From contig JBHGNT010000003.1 in NCBI GenBank assembly GCA_043228905.1, positions 7,874,001 to 7,938,000 of the forward strand: 64,000 nucleotides of DNA. Reading direction: 5' to 3'. Every line of letters begins with the position of its first letter. Position 1 is the stretch's first letter. Positions 1 through 12,277 of this stretch are shown here, in pieces. Both the position numbers and the translations under genes were made by a program. The notes beneath the pieces were generated by a model, which saw only the letters and a list, made by a program, of their open reading frames with translations, did no database searches and was not told the origin of the DNA. Source of the stretch: Azolla caroliniana (Eukaryota; Plantae; Polypodiophyta).

Positions 1-289
1 GTTGTTGCCACTATAACTAGACAGGAGAGAGAGAGAGTGTGTGTGTGTAACACTGTAGCTGTCAGTTGACGAAGAAGAGTTCAAGGTTGTTGCCTTGAAT
101 CCTCTTGTTGTACTCCTCCCCTTATAGTGATTCAGTTTGGAGTTTGTGGACTCCACGTGGTTTTTCCACGTTAAAAATACTCGTGTCTCTTTGAGTTTCC
201 GTTTTTGTTGTCAGTCTGTGTACTGTTTTTCGATCTTGGCACCCCCCATACGAACGTGACAACAAGTTGTGCTCGGTTGATTCTCAATA
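1..289 (+). repeat. Partial LTR (3' part), copia-like, cut by window edge
   Basis: (GA)n(GT)n tract, then the CTCCACGTGGTTTTTCC motif also seen in other LTRs here; ends GATTCTCAATA, matching the reverse complement of the fragment starting at 35017. Confidence 0.55.
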
Positions 290-820
290 CTAGGAAATAA
301 GGAGGGGTGTAGACTTTAGACTTTACAACAAGATGGGCGGCGTGCATGCAACATGTATGCAATGTGAATGCGTGCAAATGTGTGTGGAGTGCAATGTTAA
401 GTTGGAAGGATTTTAGGAAATATGAAGGGGGTATACGTGTGTGTGCATGTGCGTGTGTGTATTTGTTTTTAGGACATTAGGAAATGTGGGAGGGTGTGGC
501 TAGGATCGGGTATGAGGATTTAGGTTTAGAAAAGGCCAATGAGAATGCATGCCAATTGATGAAGGAATTCAGGTTCGAGGTGACTCCCTCTATCGATACC
601 TTGCTTTGGTGACCCAAACCACTTTGTTAGTGACAACTTGCCATGCTCAAAGTAGACCATTTTGGTGATGGCCTACAACACACATTTCTTTGTGTTGTTG
701 GTCCCTGGCCTTCTAAGTATGAAGCAAGTCGTCTTTTCGATGGCCTACTACATTTTCATCGTGGGTTGCGTGAAGCAAGCTTCATGGCTAGCCCATTTCT
801 AGCAATGGAAAACATTTTTT

Positions 821-1075
821 CACATGTAATCCCCCACAAGTAGGTTTCAAATATAATCTTCACGCGCTCATTTGTAGACCTCCCTTGTAGAAGCTTTGAT
901 CACTTGCTCTTCGCATTTAGCCCTAACACTAACATTAATGAAAACACATATCTTCACATGTAGCCCCCCACATGCAGGTTTCAAATATAATCTGCATGTG
1001 CTCCTCATTTGTAGACCTCCCTCGTAGAAGTTTCGATCACGTGTTCTTAGCATTTAGACCCAACACTAGCATTAA
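821..1075. repeat. Tandem duplication, ~134-bp unit, 2 copies
   Basis: CACATGTA..CCCCCACA..AGGTTTCAAATATAATCT...CTCATTTGTAGACCTCCCT.GTAGAAG occurs at ~821 and ~955. Confidence 0.8.
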
Positions 1076-1099
1076 CTTTGTCAACCTAACCCTAAAATC

Positions 1100-2500
1100 A
1101 CCAATAGACAATAAGAATAGACCCAAAACCCTAAGTGAGAAGTCATGACTCTACGAACTCAAGCTAAAAGAACTTAAGAAGAGAGAACCCCCAAAAATTA
1201 TCATAGGCCCTCTCGTATAGTGGCTTGATGTTTTCCCCGTTTCTCTCAACTTAGAATTCTCTAATTCTACCATGCATGACATTTGGTTTGATGTATCTAG
1301 TACTTTTGGATCATGGCGTCTGAAAATAACTTCCACTCTTTTTGGTCCAAGTGGATTCAAACCTACGAACCATGTTTTGAATAGAAGGAAAAAGATTAAT
1401 ATGAAGCACTAGTTAAATTCATCAAAGTAAGTGTAATACAAACCTATACTTGCCATTTCTAACCGTTCTTGACAAACACAACTCCTATGACTTTTTCTGA
1501 CTTGATCACGTAATGACATCCACCCTTGCCAAACTTGTGCATTGCTTGGTATGTGCCAACAAGTAGATGTGTGTTGCTCTCAACATCCTTCTCATGTGCC
1601 TCTTCCTCTTTTAACTATGTTGTTAGGTGCCGTTTGTGTTAACTTTTGAAGATCTTAATTCTCTATCTTGTGATGGCCATTGCCAACACCACTCAATCGA
1701 GCTCAACCAAGTTGTATGCAACATTGTCACTTACCTTTATCCCCACATAAGGTCCAAAACATTGCTTTGCTTTATCCCCACATCCTCACTAGTCTCATCA
1801 TGGACTTAATTGTAGTAATATTCCCACTATCCACTACTAGTTGAATTTGGCCATACCATGAGTAGAGATCATCAATCCAATAAATTGATCTTCATGTGAA
1901 AACTTTGGTGAACTTCGCAACACTGAATCCGATCCCAACATTGTTACTTTGTTCATGGGTTGAGGGCTTTGGATGAAACTTAATGACCTTTTCTTCTTTG
2001 GTAAAATGTGAACCACATGTTTGAATATGGGTCATTAAAAGGCTTGAATATCCCCATATTTATGTTTTCCTTCAATAGTTCAACTAGTTTTAACATACGG
2101 CCTCTAGGAACTCCATTGATTTTAAGTTCCAAGGCACATGAGGCATTGCCAATATCACCACCTGCTTTAAAAAACGAGGGTCAACACATCCAATTTTTTG
2201 TGGGGAGAAGGCAAAAGCTGTGTTGTGTCCCTCGAGCTCCTCCTACACCTTGATTCTTTGGGTAAAATGACTACATCACTATCAAATTGGAGCTTCCTTT
2301 GTGTTTCAACAATGAAGGTGTGTTCAATACCTCTTGGATTCCTTGTGTTAGGATTGGCTACACATTCCTTTATCCAATATTTTCTCATCAATTCGTGCAT
2401 GTGAAAGTTGAACTAGACCACACGGGGTCTTGAACTAGGGAAAACAACGTCATTGATGAAGGGTTGCAAAAGGTGATAGTTCTTATAGAACGTGATCAAA
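1100..2500 (-). pseudogene. Highly degraded gypsy-like gag/pol remnant
   Basis: Fragmentary minus-strand ORFs with retroelement-like composition; no intact catalytic motif. Confidence 0.3.
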
Positions 2501-2569
2501 ACTTCCATTTTCGACTTGTGTGAATGCATTTGTAGGCTCTTTCTTTCTACGCGGGAAAAATATGGTCCC

Positions 2570-4000
2570 GACTCCCTATACGTGCAATGAAAATGTGCAT
2601 CTGGATATGTGTATATGTTTGTTAAATCTTGTTTTTTTATGGGTGAGTGTCCGTGTAATAATAATGGAGTGTGTGCATGATTGATATATCATATATGTGG
2701 ACTTGTATTTCATGTGTATATATGGATGTTTATTTTATGTGTATGTGTACGTAGGTGCACATGTGGATGGATATGAGTATAGTTGCAACTACATCTATAG
2801 GTGTTTGTGTGGATTAAGTATGCGAGTGTCTAAGTGTGTATTGTATTGTATATATTAGAGTTTGTGGGTGCTCCTATGAATATGTGTGCTAGTGTATGTG
2901 TGAATGTATACAAACACGTGTGCGTGTGTTTGTATTATATATGTTAGAGTATGTGTGTGTGATTGTAGATTTATGTGTATGTGTATGATTACGTGCATGT
3001 ATGTGCGTAGTAATAATTTATGTTCAAGGAGAATGGGATATTATGAAATAGGTTTCATATATGTATGTAATTACTTTATTGGTAAATGAAGGGTTTGGGA
3101 ACATAAGGTCTTGTAGGTAGGGGAAATGGGAAGTAATTGAGTATATAAGGTGGACAATTGGGAAATGTGTGGAACCCATGCATGGTGCCATTGAATTGCA
3201 TGCTTGGTATCAGGTGTTGATCACTGATGCTGAGCAATAATGATGACACCAACAACAAGTGTGTCGTTTACAAAATTAGAATCAATTTGAAGATGGCAAT
3301 GAAATGTATGAATTATCGATAAGAATTGTGGCATATGAATGCCCATAGTGTACCATAAAATTATTCTATTGTCATTCGAAGGCAACATCAGAAGAAGCAA
3401 ACCAACAAATATTGGAAAGAGAACTATTATTATTAGTTGACACTTTGCTGGAGGTCAATAAGCATTGATCACCCTTCTTTACTTGGTTTCCTTGATGCTC
3501 ATTGGCAAACATGAGGAACCTTCATCAACCTTCCCTAATTTGGGCCCTTCATTTACTTCATGAAATTCCACATGTAGGGGGAGTGTCGTGGTCCAATCAT
3601 GGAATTCCATGAAGGCCCTTTTACCTTTTGTTGAAAGGGTTTACCTAAAGGCATTATTGACCTTTGAGTAAATTGATTACCCAAAGGGTTTTTCCTTTTC
3701 CCCTTTGTGGAATCTTTCCCACATAGTTGGATCTCTCCCATCCTGGACTTCAAGATTACATGAAGGTGTTGGGCCTTTGTGGAATCTTTCCTGCGAAGCC
3801 ATATCTCTCCTACCCTTGACTTCAAATTTTGAGAGTCGCTCAAGTGGAAAGATGCTAGATTCTTGGAATCTAGAGGTCTCGTCGCCTAATTTAATCGTAA
3901 AATTTGCTTAGAGATTAGAATTCTGAGCCAAAAAACATTCTAGCGATCATCATGGAATTATATTGATGGTGGTGTTGAAAACTTCATAGTATGGTGACGA
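2570..4000. repeat. Old dispersed repeat (TG-rich, possibly LTR-derived), copy 1
   Basis: Blocks CTACATCTAT...GAGTGTCTAA...GAGTTTGT.GGTGC.CCTATGAATATGTGTG and CCTTTGTGGAATCTTTCC...AGATTCTTGGAAT recur in the same order at ~47100-47890. Confidence 0.65.
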
Positions 4001-4359
4001 CGTGGGATCCTTAGCTCTCCTAATTGTGTGGTGTGTGCCAATGCAATAGAATCAATCCGACACGCTTTGTGAGACTGCCCAGAGACCCATCAAATATGAT
4101 GGGGGATCTGCCGACTATTGCAATTATGCCAGGTGCAAGGCACATTCAAGTGGGGGAATGTATGTTGGTTAGCATGGCAAGCCCCAATTGACAGATATGA
4201 ACATCAGGAGGAGGGGATGATGTTAGTGATAAAGGCAGAAGGGATCTCATTTTCCACCACTGCCAATATTCCCTCAGGCATAAACTCCCATCAATGCCCA
4301 AGCTCAAGTCCGGCTAGAATTGGTCATCCCAATAACATTATGGACTCTCCAAGTGACAT

Positions 4360-4932
4360 TGTCACAAAGATGCGTGTGCGTGCGTGCTTCACTTGAGCAG
4401 GACGTTCGCGAAATTGTCGAAAAGATGACAATGTGTATGTAGGAGTCAAGGAAACCAATGTCACATTTGAAAAGAACAAAGATTTTTATACTTGAGAAGA
4501 AGATATATGTCAAGAAGAAGAATAAGAAGAGTATTATTATTGATGATGATGATGATGACCTCCAAATTGACCCCCCTTTACACAAGCCCTACTAGGGTTT
4601 TTATAGCTCTCTTCATGTGCAAAACCATGGGCTTGGAACCATGGTTTTGTGCACACGGTTTTGTACATTTGTTTCCTATGGAATACTGAACATGACAAAG
4701 AAATATAAAAAATTTAGAACACTTGGTAGTAGCTTTAGTGGTAAGTTAATTTCCTTCTATCTTGGATGTGCAAGGTTCAAATCTTACCTGCACCTCTCTA
4801 TACGCACTCAATGCCATTAGGCCCTACGACTATTTGTTATTGATTTATTTTCATTTTTACAAGTATTTGTGTAATGTGTGTGGAACCACACCTTTTCACT
4901 TTTTCTCCCAGTGGACGTGCAACATCACGACA
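4360..4932 (-). repeat. 3' LTR of element F
   Basis: TGTCACAAAG...CATCACGACA; aligns to 17667-18334 apart from two indels; followed on + by TCCACCCCCACC (minus-strand PPT). Confidence 0.85.
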
Positions 4933-4999
4933 TCCACCCCCACCAAACCGCACATCCTCCGGTATGTGCCAAGAAGAAAAGAGTGATGTGGCGGCGTCA

Positions 5000-5897
5000 A
5001 GGGTGGTTGGTCTTTGATTTCCTCCTTTCTTGCGCCTCACCCGCACCATCATTTTGTCCTCTACTTCGAACATGTCTCTTGTTTCTACCCAAACCATCGT
5101 GGCCATCCGATCCACCATATCATTCGCTCACCCTTTGCATTGTCATGTCTGGTTGTCATGGCTCCCTTTGCTCCTCCCGAGCATAACGCTTCACACCTCG
5201 TGCATGTGCCGCCTTCATCTTGGCCATCTCCTTCATCACGTAACTTTCTTTTATCGTCTTTTCTTGTTCCATACATGCTTTCCCAAGGCCTTATCAGAAT
5301 GCTTAGTGGCCCATTTTTCAATTGCATGCTCACCACTAGGTCCTTAAGTGACCATATTGCATGCTTCCCACTTTGTCCACTTTCATTGTATACTCTCGTC
5401 TTAGAGTTGACCACGATGCTAGTGGATCCTTGTTAGATGTTGTGATCACATCCTTCAGATCCACCTGGCCCGCTTGGCGCTCGACATCCCTTGTCGAGCT
5501 TTGTTCAGTCTCTTTGTCGTATACCGGCTTTGTCAATCCACTCGCCACCACCTTCCGTCTCTTGGGTCTCACGTTGTCGTTTGTATGCAATTGCCCAAGT
5601 CTCTAGAACATGTATGAAGGAATTCTCATCTTGATCGACGTTTTATTTTGTTGTGTTGTCCATAGCCATCTCCTTGGCTATATCTCTATCGCATGCATCA
5701 GATTCTGTCATTCTACTTTGCTTGATCTCCTTGTCGCACGCATCAACTTCAACCCTTACTTACTTGCCGCCACTTTCCTTCTCTTGGGTCTTACATTGGT
5801 TAATGCCCAAGTCTCTCGAACAAGTGTGGAGGGATCCATACGTTTTCGTCGTCCACCTTTGCCATGCTACCCTTAGCCGCTTCCACCTTAAGGTTGT
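5000..5897 (-). pseudogene. Distal part of the element F ORF (repetitive tail), split off by insertion of A
   Basis: Contains the same TTGGGTCTYACRT...GCCCAAGTCTCT repeat units (about 5561 and 5784) as 15980-16440. Confidence 0.65.
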
Positions 5898-6355
5898 TGT
5901 TGTCCAGAGGACAGAAATGTAAAATTAGGAAATTAGCAAACGCCGAGTCCGAGTATCACGGGCCACCGACGGCTCGACTATGTATTAGGGGAAACATTAT
6001 TTAAATGAGGACCAGTACCTCAGAGCGAGAGAGAAGAAAAATATAGGCGGAAGCACTAGCTTAGTCCCTCGTAACTAGATAATCTTGTAAGGTCACCGGC
6101 TGTAGGCCGTGTTCTGTAATCTTTTTTCTGTCGCAGTAATATATCTGATTTGTGCCCATTTTGCTCCATGTGTCTGTGCTTTGATTCATACCTATGATTT
6201 CAGCGCCGCCCACGCCTATCAAGATCTCGCTAATGTTTTATCTCTGATCATTGTCTCTCTCACGACGCCTCTGTTATGAGCCTTCACGTACCACGCCCTT
6301 GAATACTGATAGCCGCAGATCTATCGAAGGTGTTCACCCAAAGGAACGGGTAACA
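5898..6355 (+). repeat. 5' LTR of element A
   Basis: TGTTGTCC...CGGGTAACA; about 17 substitutions versus the 3' LTR by manual count, nearly all transitions; TATTTAAA at 5998. Confidence 0.97.
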
Positions 6356-6360
6356 CAATT

Positions 6361-6373
6361 TGGCACGCTCGGT
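6361..6373 (+). promoter_or_regulatory. Primer binding site of A (tRNA-Arg-like)
   Basis: TGGCACGCTCGGT 5 nt after the LTR; resembles the complement of a plant tRNA-Arg 3' end (recalled, not searched). Confidence 0.75.
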
Positions 6374-6426
6374 TACAGCTGTGAGTGCACAACGAACTTC
6401 GTTGAAGGTAACCACCAACCGCCGTT

Positions 6427-9400
6427 ATGGCGCCCTCTCACACCACGAGGTCTCGGCCACCTGCCCGATGCCCTGAGCCAGTCGAAGGAACTTCCGACTC
6501 GGCGGTCACTGACCAATCCTTTCCCGAGCAATCAGAGGCTTCCCCAATGCAATCCTCGCCACCGGACACTCGATCGCGAGTTGATTCACCACCAAAACCC
6601 CTGCCGAGCCCTCCAGAGGTCAATCAACCGGAACTAAACCCTTTTCCGGTGCTACCAGAAGACCCAGAGTACGACATCATGCCGTACCCATACCCACGAT
6701 ACATCGACGGACCAGACGCGGAGTCACACATCCGTGCCTTCATATCCACGTGGCAGGTCAACCACTCAACGCACCGCCTCACGCCGGCCGAAATCGATGC
6801 CTCAAAGATTGCCGAGTTCACACTCTCCCTCGATGGACCGGCCGCACGATGGTACTCTCGCCTCAAAATAGGAGAGGCCACCACTTTCCAAATCGTGCGC
6901 ACAAAGTTCCTTGAACTTTTTCATCGCGAGGTGCCTAAACGGGAACTGCTCCGGCAATTCTTCTCTATATGCCAGGAACTGCACGAAACGGTCGCGCAAT
7001 TCACGATCCGGTTCCAGGATCTCTACAGACAACTGGCCGATGATGTCTCGGCACAACATATACCAGACACTTTCCTATCCAGTTTACGAGAGCCTCTCTG
7101 AACGATTCTCGCACTTACAAATTTCGCCAACCATACTATCGAACAAGTCATAGCGTGGGTTCTCACCCTCGATCGAACCTAGCACGACGCGACCTTCTCG
7201 ATGACATCCTTACAAAACGCTCTTCCCCAAGAGGACAATCGCTTTCGCCAAGCTCTCCAATGCACGGCGTGTTCAGGATCAGGGCACCTGGCCCTCGAAT
7301 GTCCCCACCGACCACAATGTCCGATCTGTCAATCTCGAGCTCATACTGTCGAGCAGTGCGAATATAATATGCTGAACCGCACAATGGCGGCACCGGTCCG
7401 CCAGATCGAGCCACGAAATACATACTCTTGGCAGAACGAGCGATATGTCTACCGAGACCAGGATAACGACCGACCGCAATCCCCGGATCGACGGCGCTGA
7501 GACGAAGACTACCGACGTGATGACCGCCGTGATCACTATCGCGATGACCAGCACGACGATTATGCTCGATATGATGAAGATCACGATGACCGGTATGACC
7601 GACGGAACTCACGCATTGATCGGCGAAACGGCAACCGCAACACACGCAACAATAGAAGACCTAACGACAACCGCCGACGAGACGCTCCTCAAAATGACCA
7701 ATGCAACTCCAACGCACCTCGGAACAACCCACCACCAAACGAGACTGAGAATCAACAACAATAGCTTCCACACACAGACTGAGCGGACACCAACAACTCG
7801 ACCAACGTTACATGTTTTAAATGTAACCAACCAGGCCACTACGCCACGCAATGTCCAACAACCAACCGTGGCAAGGCACCCACGGTGAACAGTATCATGG
7901 ACAATGTTCAAACCGTCACTACCCGGAGTAAAGCGCAGACTACTCAGTGGCAAATCCAGGATGAAGTCCGTCAGGCAGCAAAAGAATGGATCGACACGGC
8001 CAATAAAAATAATGCTGTGTGCATGCAAACTGACATGAGAGACGGGCCCAGTGAAGCACCACAAAACTCGATACCATCCACGTTTTCGGAGGACGACCAA
8101 CTATGGGATGTTCTTACCAACTCCCGCATCTCGCTGCCCCTACATAAACTGTTACCACTCATGTCGAGATTTCGGGACACCCTAGCGGCACTCCAGGCCA
8201 ATACTAAGCCCGTGACGCCACCGGTACACCTCACCAAAGCAGGAATTGGTCCACCACTCATGGATTCTCAGAACCCAGCCGTGCGAATCATCATTAAGGG
8301 ACAAGACCTGCACGGATGCATCATCGACGGCGGATCCGGCGTAAACGTTATTAGCGAGTCAACGTGTCACAACCTCGGCCTGAATCAATGGGAACCATGC
8401 CCGACACCCGCTCCGTTCACCCCATTGGTTTAATCCACCATCTCGACTTCACACTTGGAGGCCACATGTTCACGATCTCGGCCGTCGTGCTAAGACTAGA
8501 GACACAAGGCGCCTACCCAATGTTACTAGGTCGACCATGGTTGCGTACAACGAATATCAAGCAACATTGGCAACGCAACATGATCTCGTTCCGAAGAGGC
8601 AAGACAAAAGTCCGAATCATCACTGAAGAACGAGTCCCCGTCGCCCTCAACACTTCGCCGTTATACGCGGAAGGGGTCCATATGCTTGACGGTTTGGCCG
8701 ATGAGGAGGTCGATGACTTCCTAGATGATCATCCCACGATCATCCCTCTCTTCGAAATCAATGCCTTACCAACCATCGAGCCACCTAAAGACGAGGAAGT
8801 CACGGAGGAATCACCACCCCAAGATGAACCAGATCCAACCACAGTTGCTGAGCTACGCCATGCTCGGGAGACTTTCGAACGCGAACTCGCCATTTCACAA
8901 CGAGTCAAAGCATCAACCCTGGAAACAATAAACCTCGGCTCGGACAAGAATCCCCGTACGTTACAAATTGCCAATAATCTACCAACCGGAGAACGGGCAT
9001 GCCTCGTACGATTGCTCACCGACTACCAGGATGTTTTCGCTTGGTCTTACATCGATATGAAGGGGCTGGATCCTCAATACTACCAACATCAAATTCACAT
9101 CTTACCCGACACTCGGCCGATTCAGCAGAGGCGCTACAGGATGAACCCCAACTACGCCGCTAAAGTCAAAGAGGAAATCGACAAACTACTCCGAGTGGGC
9201 TTCATTCGCCCTGTTAAACGGGCCACGTGGTTGAGCCCGATCGTAGTGGTCCCAAAGAAGAACGGAAAAATCCGCGTCTGCGTCGACTATCGGAAGCTTA
9301 ACGCGGCAACAGTCACCGACGGTTTCCCTCTCCCATTCACGGACAACGTCCTCGACACGGTAGCCGGCCACGAATGCTACAGTTTCCTCAACGGGTTCAA

Positions 9401-11771
9401 CGGCTATAACCAGATAAGAATGCACCTGGAGGATAAGGAGAAAACCGCTTTCGTCACGGAATGGGGTGTTTTTGTAGCAGAAGTAATGATGTTCGGTCTA
9501 AAAACGGCGCCGGCTACGTTCCAGTGCATCATCACCGAAATCTTTCATGACTACATCCCGACGTTCATGCAAGTCTTTCTCGACGATTTCGCCGTGTATG
9601 GCCATCGACGGGACCACATGACCCAGTTACGACTCTGCCTGGACCAATGTCGCCAAGCTCGATTGAGCTTAAACTCGGCGAAATGCGCGTTCTTAGTCAC
9701 CAGCGGCAACCTTCTCGGCCACATTGTCAGTCAAGAAGGCATCGTTATGGACCCGAATAAAGTAAAGGAATTCCTGACCGCCACCGCACCCTCGAACGCT
9801 AAGGCACTAAGCCGATTTTTGGGACAGATCCGGTGGCACAACCGAATGATACGACACTTGGCCGATTTCGCGACACCTTTACACGTGGCAGTCCATCGCC
9901 TTCCCTTCCAATGGACGTCAATCGAGGACACGGCCTATCAGACCCTGAAACTAATGCTGTCACATGCCCCGATGGTCTAGTCTCCGGTTTGGTCCGAACC
10001 GTTTTATGTCTTTGTAGATGCTTCAGACATCGCCATCGGAAGTGCCCTGATGCAATGCACACCCCTGAATTGGTATAGGCTCATGTACTACGCCAGCCGA
10101 CGGCTCTCGACCGCGGAAAAGAATTACTCCACCACCGAGCGGGAGGCCCTCGGTATGATTTATAGCATCAATAAATTTCGGCATTACCTCTTGGGCCGGA
10201 AATTTACCTTTCACGTGGATCACTCGGCCCTTCTTTATTTGGTCAATAAACAAGCCCTCACTGGACGGTTGGCTCGGTGGATGCTCCTACTCCAAGAGTT
10301 TGATTTCCAGATTCAGCATCGACCCGAGGTACAACATGCCGTCGCCGACTACTTGAGCCGTCTTGAGTTAGGGGAACCGGCGAAAACAACGTACGACGAG
10401 CTACCGGACGCCAACCTATTTAACCTGACCACGATACCAGACGATAACGAAGATGAATGGATCACGGAGATGACCCATTTTCTCACTACCGGTTTACCTC
10501 CCGAGCACATGCCCCTTGACACGAGAAAACGCCTAGCAGTGCGTAGCCAGAATTTTTGCCTCGTCTCGGACATTCTCTACCACAAAGGCTCGGACGGCAT
10601 ATGGCGCCGAGCGATTCGGTAATTCGAGAAGAACACCGTTCTTCAGGAGGCCCACCAGGGAGTAGCTGGGGGGCACTATGCCGGGGATTCCATGGCAAGG
10701 AAAGTTTGGCAAAGTGGATTGTGGTGGCCGACAACGAAGAGAGACGCTCACGAGTTTTGCCGGCAATGCGATTTGTGCCAACGATTGGGGCAACCAATGG
10801 AACAGTCATGCATGCCACACCAGCCGATTCTTCCGTTGGACCCATTTCAAAAATGGGGTTTGGATTTTGTAGGCCCTTTTAAACCACCCGCGGCCTGTAC
10901 AGGGAATAGGTATATTATCGTTGCCACGGATTACTGCACCAAATGGGTCGAGGCTAAGGCACTCCGAGACAACACGGCGGCATCCACGGCTAAATTCTTG
11001 TACGAGCACCTCTGGTGCCGTTACGGATGCCCAATCGAGCTCGTTAGTGACCAAGGTGGGCACTTCATCAATCATATAATACGTGAGCTTACACACCACT
11101 ATGTGGTGGTGCACAAGAAAAGCACACCATACTACCCGCAGGCGAACGACTTGGTGGAATCGACCAATAAAATCCTCCAAACCATACTGAAGAAGATCGT
11201 CAATGAAATCAGGACCGATTGGGATGACAAACTCCAGAGCGCGTTGTGGGTGTATCGTACGACTTTCAAAACACGCATTCAATCAACCCCCTTTCGAATG
11301 GCGTTTGAGTTAGAAGCCATAATGCCCGTCGAGTTCCAAGTCTCGAGCCTCCGAGTTCAAATCAAAGCACGGCTCCCCGAGGCCCAATCCGAGCAATACC
11401 GGCTGGAACAACTCCTCGAACTCGGCGAAGATAGGATAGAGAGTATGGCCCAGCTCGAACAATGCCAACGACAACGCAAGGCTTTCGTGGATCGACATCG
11501 AAACGGGCTGGAAAAGGAGCTCACCATCGGCAAACCGGTTCTTCTTTTTCAAACACGACTCGGGTCTATGCCGGGAAAATTAAGATTTCGGTGGACCGGT
11601 CCATTCTGGATTATCGACGAGTTCAACGGGACGTTCCAGCTCGGCACACTCGCCGGCGACACTGTCAAAAGCTGGGCGAATGGTTTCCAACTTCGACCAT
11701 ATCGAGGCACTACACCACCCAACCCGTTTCGGGAAACCACCACGGAGGAGGCCACGTGTCCCCCTGAATAA
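6427..11771 (+). pseudogene. gag-pol: gag-pol polyprotein of A, with a few in-frame stops and one frameshifting deletion near 8400
   Basis: Retrotransposon gag (ARWY...FLELF), three CCHC knuckles, protease IIDGGSGVN, RT (RVCVDYRKLN, FGLKTAPATFQ, FLDD), RNase H (DAS, TEREAL, DHSAL), integrase (HHCC, GLDFVGP, SDQG, ESTN, WTGPF). Confidence 0.95.
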
Positions 11772-12277
11772 GGACTCACCCACCTTCTTGAAATTAATAA
11801 AGTATGTAGGATTAACCATAGTTTAGCCACTGATTAGCTACACCTACACCACCCACCTAGGCACCCACAAATTTAGGAGCACCCCTCGCCACCACTCATT
11901 TAGTACCTATTTAAGCACATGCAAAGCACTAGAAGCACCCAACTCACCTTCAGGACACGTGGTGCTAGTCACTTATTATGGCACCCACGACTCAGAATCT
12001 TCAGGATTCGCTTCAGGCACAAAACCCTAGGAGTAAGTTACTAAAACCGTTTCCAAAACGCAACACAGACACAGAAGTTCATTATCACTCCCAATCTCCA
12101 TCGCTGTCAAGCACAGAAACCCCGTCTCGCTCTCATCGCTCTTGCTCTCAAGCCCTCTTTCGCTCTCATAGCCCCTCTGCTGAACTTCCCCTTCCTGCTG
12201 TTCCTCCTCTGTCTCGCCCTCGCCTTATCACTCTTCTTCACTCTTCCACACAGTCAAACCCTGTCTCCATCTCCACC

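Noticed and set aside
4355-4359. TSD for element F
   Set aside because: Flanks GACAT and ATGTT do not match, and the resemblance to an inverted repeat is too short to interpret
7163-8261. Antisense and alternate-frame ORFs over A (e.g. 160, 163 and 147 aa; also 211 aa at 12337-12972)
   Set aside because: Expected shadows of GC-rich coding sequence; not conserved in B
8364-8433. Programmed gag-pol frameshift in A
   Set aside because: Comparison with B (CPFWLRMVDT) shows A has simply lost about 17 nt here; the ancestral gag-pol is one frame
11978-12277. First 100 codons of the 871-aa ORF
   Set aside because: Ser/Pro-rich translation of a CT-rich tract with no similarity to B; homology starts at MPLTAS (12278)
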